Shown here one piece after another: positions 15,942-22,258 of a DNA stretch of 47,590 nucleotides; within the stretch, counting starts at the first letter, position 1; each line of letters begins with the position of its first letter. The translations under genes were made by a program, and so were the position numbers. Source of the DNA: Eubacteriales bacterium (lineage in GTDB: Bacteria > Bacillota > Clostridia > Oscillospirales > CAG-272); contig JAZLBH010000151.1 of the NCBI GenBank assembly GCA_045613605.1, positions 1 through 47,590 of the forward strand, read 5' to 3'. The notes beneath the pieces were generated by a model. The model made no database searches, had not been told where the DNA came from, and saw only the letters and a program-made list of their open reading frames with translations.

Positions 15942-17438
15942 TTAGTTTTTTTCTCTCAATGCAAGATCGACCTCAAACATTCTCTTCCAAGGCATTCTGC
16001 ATATTGAAATTTCATACCTTTGAACAAGCTCAGGGAAATTTTCAGCAATATATTTCTCAAGCTCTTTTTTCACTATTTTGGCAACCTCTCCGTCGGTTTC
16101 ACCTGCATCAAAATAGTTATATCCCATTTTAGGCAACACGTTATTTGTTACGTGAGCGCGAATGCATCCGCAATAGCCAACGTCCTCATAAATTCTTTCC
16201 GCCAAAAATCTTCTTTGGTCAGCACTGTCACCAAACAGCAAAACGAACACCGCTTGGCAAATTACTGTTCCAAGTGTATTTGAGGATGTATTCCATCCTG
16301 CATAAGCGGAAAGACTTAGCAAGTCCATCTCTTTTCCAAGCATCTGCAAAAATTCTTTATCTCCACCGTTACAGTATGCACCGTCAGCCAAAGCGGTAAC
16401 CTTGCTTGAAGCAATACTGCATTTTATTTGAGAAATGAATTCTTCAAGATTTCTCTCGTCATATCCCGCACTCTTTTCTTGCCAAACCTCAACGGGGTCG
16501 TATGCAGGATAATTCAAATAAAGATGGATATCGGCATTTTCTTTAACGCCATCCTCCACACAACCTGCCGAACCTATTTGAAAGGGCAAGGTTTTATAGA
16601 GGGGTCTATCCTCATAAAGAGGAGTAATGTTAGGAGCATCCTTGTGGGGAAACTCACAATAAATTCTAGGTGTAATTCCCTTATACTCACAAGCCGCGCG
16701 AGCAAGCAAGGTCATACCAACCTCATCGGCACCAGGATACATAGCCACGTCATCAAGACCGTTTTCTTTAAGCGCATTTTTTATTGCTTCCCTATCCATT
16801 GAGGTATATCCAAATTCCGCCGAGTCGTCCTGCGGAATAATAAGAAAATCTATTGATTTATGCAATCTTTCAACCGTCTTAATCAGCATATTTCTGTTAA
16901 TAATACGGCGAGCTTCAAAATCACTAAGATTATCACCAGTCGCTTTTGCATATTCAGAAATCAATGACTGTGCTTCAGTTTCACTGATAATTCCAAGTTC
17001 AAGCTTGTGCTTTGCCTGTCCTGTAAGGAATATCTCTCTGCCGCAGTATTCATAGTAATCGGGCTCTTCGTCCGAGCTTGAATATTTAGGGCATCTCATA
17101 ATAAGTGCGAAAGCATATATTTTAATTTTAGGGTTAATTGCTTTTATTTCATCAACAAGTGCCAAGCGTTCGCAAAGCTCTTCTTCAGTAAAATGATGTA
17201 ATCTTGATGGAATGATTCCACCGTAAAGCAACATATCGAGTGAAATTACAAGAGCATCTGCAAAAGCCACGTTTTCAAGAATAAACTTTTTTATTCCATC
17301 AAAGCTTGCAGGCTCCTTCTTGTTACCGAGCAACATTATGTCCGGGGCAATCACCTCAACCTCGGAGCCCTTCGCGATTCTTTGTGCGAAATAATAGTTA
17401 CACGGTCTTTCGTCCAATGGAATGTAGATTAATCTCAT
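15942..17438 (-). CDS. DUF4127 family protein (function unknown), cytoplasmic
   Basis: 498 aa, no signal peptide. The N-terminus MRLIYIPLDERPCN and overall size match my recollection of the DUF4127 family. Its start codon lies 1 nt after the nanE stop. Confidence 0.55.
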   Translation of the reverse strand: MRLIYIPLDERPCNYYFAQRIAKGSEVEVIAPDIMLLGNKKEPASFDGIKKFILENVAFADALVISLDMLLYGGIIPSRLHHFTEEELCERLALVDEIKAINPKIKIYAFALIMRCPKYSSSDEEPDYYEYCGREIFLTGQAKHKLELGIISETEAQSLISEYAKATGDNLSDFEARRIINRNMLIKTVERLHKSIDFLIIPQDDSAEFGYTSMDREAIKNALKENGLDDVAMYPGADEVGMTLLARAACEYKGITPRIYCEFPHKDAPNITPLYEDRPLYKTLPFQIGSAGCVEDGVKENADIHLYLNYPAYDPVEVWQEKSAGYDERNLEEFISQIKCSIASSKVTALADGAYCNGGDKEFLQMLGKEMDLLSLSAYAGWNTSSNTLGTVICQAVFVLLFGDSADQRRFLAERIYEDVGYCGCIRAHVTNNVLPKMGYNYFDAGETDGEVAKIVKKELEKYIAENFPELVQRYEISICRMPWKRMFEVDLALREKN

Positions 17439-17439
17439 A

Positions 17440-18117
17440 TTAGTCTTCTAACTTAAGTGCTCCAAGCAATCTTTCTGTTATTACCTTTGGTCTTGTTATT
17501 GCTGAACCAACGACCACAGCATAAGGATTAACCTTAGAAATAGCTTCCATATGAGAAACCTCAAAAACGCCACCCTCAGCTATCACCTTTGCATTTTTCA
17601 CGTGCTTTACACACTCAGCAACCAAATCAACATCTGGAATTTCATACTGTGTTGTATAGGGAGTATATCCCCTTAAGGTTGTAGAAATATAATCAAACCC
17701 AAGCTTGTCAGCATTAATGGCTTCTTCAAGAGTTGAAACGTCCGCCATTATTTCTCTTCCGTTAGCATTTTTGCGAGCATATTCATAAAGCTCTTCAAGT
17801 GTTTCACCGTTAGGACGGGCGCGAAGTGTAGCGTCCATACAAAGAACATCGCATTTAGTTGCAAGAAGTCTGTCTATTTCCTTTTTAGTGGGCGTAATAT
17901 ATATCTCACTGTCATCATAGCATTCTTTAACAAGGCCGATAATAGGAAGTCCGACCTCGTCTTTTATACTATCAATGTCGTCAACCAACGCACGAATTCC
18001 GCAAGCTCCGCCTTCTTTAGCCGCCTTTGCAAACAAATGCATAATTCCATATCCGTAAAGGGGTTCGCCCTTAACCGCTTGGCATGATACGATCATACCT
18101 CTTTTCAAAATACTCAT
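17440..18117 (-). CDS. nanE: N-acetylmannosamine-6-phosphate 2-epimerase
   Basis: MSILKRGMIVSCQAVKGEPLYG... is the typical NanE N-terminus. Further matches: GIRA, TLRGYT, and IAEGG near the C-terminus. I prefer the ATG at 18115-18117 (GAAAGGA RBS 7 nt upstream) over the longer ORF-track start at 18177. Confidence 0.85.
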   Translation of the reverse strand: MSILKRGMIVSCQAVKGEPLYGYGIMHLFAKAAKEGGACGIRALVDDIDSIKDEVGLPIIGLVKECYDDSEIYITPTKKEIDRLLATKCDVLCMDATLRARPNGETLEELYEYARKNANGREIMADVSTLEEAINADKLGFDYISTTLRGYTPYTTQYEIPDVDLVAECVKHVKNAKVIAEGGVFEVSHMEAISKVNPYAVVVGSAITRPKVITERLLGALKLED

Positions 18118-18150
18118 TACTTGTCCTTTCTGTATATAGCAATAATCAAT

Positions 18151-18171
18151 CTTTGTGTAAATTGCACAAAG
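18151..18171. promoter_or_regulatory. candidate operator: palindrome CTTTGTG-N7-CACAAAG in the nanE operon leader
   Basis: ctttgtgtaaattgcacaaag has 7-bp perfect inverted arms and a 7-nt AT-rich spacer. It lies between the predicted -10 (18200-18205) and the nanE RBS. Confidence 0.45.
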
Positions 18172-18199
18172 ATACACGTATCCATTTTTATCTTATTAT

Positions 18200-18228
18200 A
18201 TTATATAACTTATCATTCATAATGTCAA
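18200..18228 (-). promoter_or_regulatory. sigma-A type promoter of the nanE-to-ABC operon
   Basis: Minus strand reads TTGACA-17 nt-TATAAT (perfect consensus), ~75 nt upstream of the nanE ATG and just downstream of the GH38 terminator. Confidence 0.65.
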
Positions 18229-18292
18229 TAGTTTTTGTGTTTTTTTATTTCAAAAAGCAAAACTTTTTTTGAAAATAAATTTCATTTTTAGC

Positions 18293-18323
18293 AACAAAAA
18301 ACAGGCTCAATTTTCATTGAGCC
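18293..18323 (-). terminator. rho-independent terminator after the GH38 gene
   Basis: Minus strand: ggctcaat-gaaa-attgagcc followed by tgttttttg. Confidence 0.7.
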
Positions 18324-18332
18324 CATTATTTT

Positions 18333-21257
18333 TTATTTGATTTTGATAGTTTTTATCTCAAAGGGCTTAAAGCTTATGGATACACTTCCCTTGCCCAGGC
18401 ATTGAAGCTCATCCTCAAGAACGTTACATTCAGTTATTTCTCTTCCCTCAGCACTAAAGGCTATAGCACCGGATGCGCCAAGCGCTTCATAAAAACGAAG
18501 CACGATTCCATCATCCTCACCGTACTTAACGGTTTCAAGAACGATACTTTCCGCGCCCTCAAAATCAAAGGGTACACAAAGTGACTTTTCATCGGTCAAT
18601 ACGGGCGTATAATTGAATCCGTATCCGCGCCTTACCGTATCCATTCCAAGTCCGTTTGCGTGAGGATAAATTGCATATTTGAAGAAGCTTTCTCCAAGAT
18701 CGCCCCTCGCATCGGGATGAGTTCCGCTCTTGTGAAGGGTCATACCCATTCGACCGCCCTGACAAGACACGCCGTACTTACAGTTGCTTAACAAGGAAAC
18801 ACCCAATCCGTGCTCTGAAAGGTCGGTCCATTTATGAGAGCAAACCTCGAATTTAGCAATATCGCTCTTATCCCTGTCAAAGCAATTGCGTTCAACGTGG
18901 CCAAATTGAGTTTCGCACTTATATGACGATGCAAACAACGTGGTATCAAATTCAGCTCTTATAAGAGTATGCTTATCACCGGCAATAAGGTGATTTTCAA
19001 ATTCGATTGTCGGATCATCATATCTAAGCTTGATATCCGTTTCAAGGAAGGAGTTATCCGCTATTTCGTGCTTCACCCTAATTACAAGAAGAAATTCACC
19101 GTTGCTAACAACCTCTTGACCTATGAATCGAACGTTTTTCTCCTTCATTCGATAGTCTGCATCAATGTCCCAGTTGTCGTAAATGCAAGGAATATCCTCG
19201 TAGCATTTAATGATGTTAAATCCACCCTTACCCACAAGCTCTCTTCCGTTGTATACAAGGGACTTGATAACACCGTCAGTGAGTGTAAGTGTTAAATACG
19301 GAGTAGTAATAACATCCCCACAAATCGTAAACGGAATTCCTTTATTTTTTGCTCTCTTTCCATATCCAAACGCATCAAATTTGAATGGAGCAACAGTACG
19401 CTTTCCATCAATTGCTTCATAGCTTTGACCCTGCTCTGCAGGCAAAATCTCATTACGCGCAAACGGCAAGGTGTTGAAATATGGCTTTCTTAATTTTCTT
19501 CCCCTGCCCACGATATAATCGTTAGCCTTCTTCAAAGCCTCTCTTTGCTCCTCCAACGCTACATCAGTCGCCTCAGCCAAGCAGGTTCCGGGCAATATAT
19601 CATGGAATTGATTAAGCATAAGCGTATCGTAAAGATTGTCAGTTAATGCTTTAGCATCCTTGTCCTCAGCCAACACAGATATGAGCTCTGCGTCATGAAG
19701 TGCCTCTTCAAGACGGCGATTATACATTTTCAAATTATGATTGGTCGTGTATGTTCCGCGATGCAGCTCAAGATAAAGCTCTCCAAAATACGTCGGAAGC
19801 TCTCGAGCGCTCACTTTTTTCATAAAATCAGATACAGTCGTATGCTCGACCTTTACGTCCTTGCAGTACTTTTCCGTATGTATTGCGCGTGTCACCATCT
19901 CGTCAGCAGGACCGCCGCCACCGTCACCAAAGCCGTATGCCATAAGGAACGAGTCGGTCTCTCTCATATTTCGAATATCGTTGATTCGCTTCGCAACTGA
20001 TTCCTCATCGATCCAGGTGTGAATCGTATTAAAATGAACGGGCACTTCACTTCCGTCAATTCCCTTCCACATAAACGTTTCATAGGGGAACATATTAGTA
20101 TCATTCCAGCTGAGCTTGGTTGTCAAGAAATACTCAACGTCGCTCTTTTTCATAATCTGAGGAAGCGCGGCAGAATATCCAAATGTATCGGGAAGCCAAA
20201 ACGCATTAGACTCATATCCGAATTTTTTTCTCAGATATCTCTTGCCTCGCAAAAATTGACGGCAAAATGCCTCAGAACCCGTAAGATTTCCGTCGCATTC
20301 AACCCAAGTAGCGCCGTTTACCTCAAATCTGCCCTCGGCAATCAATTTTTTAATATCCTCGAACAAAACAGGGTCTTCATCCTCTATCCATTTGAGATAA
20401 AGAACAGTCGACATAAAGAATTTATATTCGGGGTGTCTTTTAAGCAAGGTTACCGCATTTGAAACGGTACGCATCAGCTTTCTTTTGGTTTCATCAACCG
20501 TCCAAAGCCACGCGGTATCAAGATGACTGTGACCTATAATTCCCACATACGGGAGCTTCCTTTCACTAGCAAAGAAATCGTCAATTATCTTTGTTCCGTC
20601 AATCAGATAATGACTTTCGGGTCGCTTCTTTTCCAAGGGTAAGAGTTTAAAAAGCTCGAGATAAATCTTCTCAATTTCAGCGCGCTGAAATCTATCCTTT
20701 TCGGAATTATAAAGCTTGTTCAACAGCGTTAATTTTTCACAAAATTCCTTAATTTCCTGATCCAATACCGCAAGTGCAATTTGCTGATACGGTCTATCCT
20801 CAATCAATGAATCATAAGCCCATGTAAAAGGCTCATCATAAGGATTTAATCCGGAAATCGGGTGTGAAAAATAAGCCTCAAGAGTTACCAAATCACCGTT
20901 TTTAAGTCCTTCAAGAAGAAGATATCTATGGGTTCTTGCAGGCGGCTCAAAAGCATTGGTAATATAATCGAGCATGCCGACCTTTTTACCGTTAACGCAC
21001 ACTAAATGCTCAGCCGCGCCTGAGTTTGCAAAGACGTAATGCTTCTCATTTTCATCAATATTTTCAACCACAAATGAGAATGTCTGACACTTAAAATCGC
21101 TTCCCCATCTATAGCCGTTGCTCACCTCGATCTCTTTGCCGTTCCTTAATGTCGTAACTCTTGGCTCAACTATATTTTTCACAAGAAATCCACCATACAT
21201 TTGCTCAAGTCGAGCAACCTTTTGGACCATTCTTTCAACCTGTCTGTCCTGTAACAT
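18333..21257 (-). CDS. GH38 alpha-mannosidase, cytoplasmic
   Basis: 974 aa, no signal peptide. GH38 motifs GHSHLDTAWLW, FWLPDTFGYSAALPQI and NQFHDILPGT. Confidence 0.9.
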   Translation of the reverse strand: MLQDRQVERMVQKVARLEQMYGGFLVKNIVEPRVTTLRNGKEIEVSNGYRWGSDFKCQTFSFVVENIDENEKHYVFANSGAAEHLVCVNGKKVGMLDYITNAFEPPARTHRYLLLEGLKNGDLVTLEAYFSHPISGLNPYDEPFTWAYDSLIEDRPYQQIALAVLDQEIKEFCEKLTLLNKLYNSEKDRFQRAEIEKIYLELFKLLPLEKKRPESHYLIDGTKIIDDFFASERKLPYVGIIGHSHLDTAWLWTVDETKRKLMRTVSNAVTLLKRHPEYKFFMSTVLYLKWIEDEDPVLFEDIKKLIAEGRFEVNGATWVECDGNLTGSEAFCRQFLRGKRYLRKKFGYESNAFWLPDTFGYSAALPQIMKKSDVEYFLTTKLSWNDTNMFPYETFMWKGIDGSEVPVHFNTIHTWIDEESVAKRINDIRNMRETDSFLMAYGFGDGGGGPADEMVTRAIHTEKYCKDVKVEHTTVSDFMKKVSARELPTYFGELYLELHRGTYTTNHNLKMYNRRLEEALHDAELISVLAEDKDAKALTDNLYDTLMLNQFHDILPGTCLAEATDVALEEQREALKKANDYIVGRGRKLRKPYFNTLPFARNEILPAEQGQSYEAIDGKRTVAPFKFDAFGYGKRAKNKGIPFTICGDVITTPYLTLTLTDGVIKSLVYNGRELVGKGGFNIIKCYEDIPCIYDNWDIDADYRMKEKNVRFIGQEVVSNGEFLLVIRVKHEIADNSFLETDIKLRYDDPTIEFENHLIAGDKHTLIRAEFDTTLFASSYKCETQFGHVERNCFDRDKSDIAKFEVCSHKWTDLSEHGLGVSLLSNCKYGVSCQGGRMGMTLHKSGTHPDARGDLGESFFKYAIYPHANGLGMDTVRRGYGFNYTPVLTDEKSLCVPFDFEGAESIVLETVKYGEDDGIVLRFYEALGASGAIAFSAEGREITECNVLEDELQCLGKGSVSISFKPFEIKTIKIK

Positions 21258-21268
21258 TTTACACCTCG

Positions 21269-22090
21269 TTAAATTGATTTGTTAGAAACGGCATTTGCCG
21301 TTCTAAGAGTATATTCGTATCCTTCAGCTCCCAATTTTTCATATATCGCATTATACAAAACATTGATAATGTACGATATAGAAACGATAGTTGACACCGA
21401 GCCGCCCTCATAAGCCGCTTCGCGCCTTGTTGAGAACAATATATAATCGGCATATTTAGCAAGCGGAGAATGATCGTAGCAAGTAATAACGACTATGTTT
21501 ACACCATTTTTCTTAGCAATCTCCGCAACGTCAATTATATCCTTTGTACTACCTGAAACACTTATTAAAATTACTGTATCATCCTCGCAAAGGTTGCTTG
21601 TTATCATTGATTGAAGATGGCTGTCGGGAGTATAAGTAACCATAACACCTATACGCGCCAAAACGTTACTTATTTCCATAGCCGTAATTGAAGAATTTCC
21701 TACGCCAAAGGCACAAATTTTTCTTGAATTTATCAGCAAATCAGCTATTTTAAGACATTCATCATAGCGTATTGAACGAGAGGTCTCGTTTATGGCATCC
21801 ACCATTTGCAGGGCTATTCTTTTTTCAATGCAATCCGCGGATATCTGATTTCTCATTCCGGTTTCTTGACTCAAATGAAGCTTAAATTCTTGAAAGCCGT
21901 TATACCCCAGCTTTTTACAAAAACGGACCAAGGTCGCATCTGCAACCTTCAAACGTGTTGCAAGGTCACTGATCGAAAGATAAATAATCTCCTCCGGGGG
22001 TATTTTCAACAACGCATCTATTACCTTTTTTTCAGTTTTAGTGGCTATTTCCTTTGCGGCATAGATTCTATCCAAAGCCTTTCCTACCAT
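21269..22090 (-). CDS. MurR/RpiR family transcriptional regulator (HTH_6 + SIS sugar-phosphate-binding domain)
   Basis: N-terminal HTH ISDLATRLKVADATLVRFCKKLGYNGFQEFK. SIS domain motifs ICAFGVGNSS and VILISVSGSTKD. AAAGGAG RBS. Confidence 0.85.
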   Translation of the reverse strand: MVGKALDRIYAAKEIATKTEKKVIDALLKIPPEEIIYLSISDLATRLKVADATLVRFCKKLGYNGFQEFKLHLSQETGMRNQISADCIEKRIALQMVDAINETSRSIRYDECLKIADLLINSRKICAFGVGNSSITAMEISNVLARIGVMVTYTPDSHLQSMITSNLCEDDTVILISVSGSTKDIIDVAEIAKKNGVNIVVITCYDHSPLAKYADYILFSTRREAAYEGGSVSTIVSISYIINVLYNAIYEKLGAEGYEYTLRTANAVSNKSI

Positions 22091-22138
22091 AAAGCAAGCT
22101 CCTTTAAATAAATTAGTATTTTTTGTACACTTTTATAT

Positions 22139-22167
22139 ATTTTAATACATTTAGATATATCTGTCAA
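22139..22167 (-). promoter_or_regulatory. sigma-A type promoter of rpiR-GH38
   Basis: Minus strand reads TTGACA-17 nt-TAAAAT, ~45 nt upstream of the rpiR ATG. Confidence 0.55.
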
Positions 22168-22211
22168 GAGGATTTGCACTTTTTATTCTATTTATGCACA
22201 ATTTTATGTAC

Positions 22212-22244
22212 AAAAAAAGAAGCAGGTGCTTTTGCACCTGCTTC
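22212..22244 (-). terminator. rho-independent terminator after the 582-aa secreted protein gene
   Basis: Minus strand: gaagcaggtgc-aaaa-gcacctgcttc followed by ttttttt. Confidence 0.8.
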
Positions 22245-22258
22245 TCATTATCAATTAA

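Noticed and set aside
15930-15943. TTGTACATAAA 11-mer shared between the DUF4127/GHL10 intergenic region (15930-15943, plus strand) and the region upstream of the rpiR promoter (22200-22213, minus strand) as a second regulator site
   Set aside because: An exact 11-mer match between AT-rich intergenic regions of this total size is expected by chance. Without cross-genome conservation it is not evidence of a binding site.
18118-18177. 20-codon N-terminal extension of NanE (ORF-track start at 18177)
   Set aside because: The extension (MYLCAIYTKIDYCYIQKGQV) overlaps the leader palindrome, has no RBS and is not NanE-like. The internal ATG at 18115-18117 has a GAAAGGA RBS and gives the typical NanE N-terminus.
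21259-21462. 67-aa minus-strand ORF overlapping the end of rpiR
   Set aside because: It is an alternative frame within the well-supported rpiR coding region, with no independent signals.
17440-22090. Canonical sialic-acid (nan) catabolic cluster
   Set aside because: NanE and an RpiR regulator are present, but there is no NanA lyase, no sialidase and no sialic-acid transporter. The surrounding genes (GHL10, NAGPA, DUF4127, GH38) do not belong to known nan operons.
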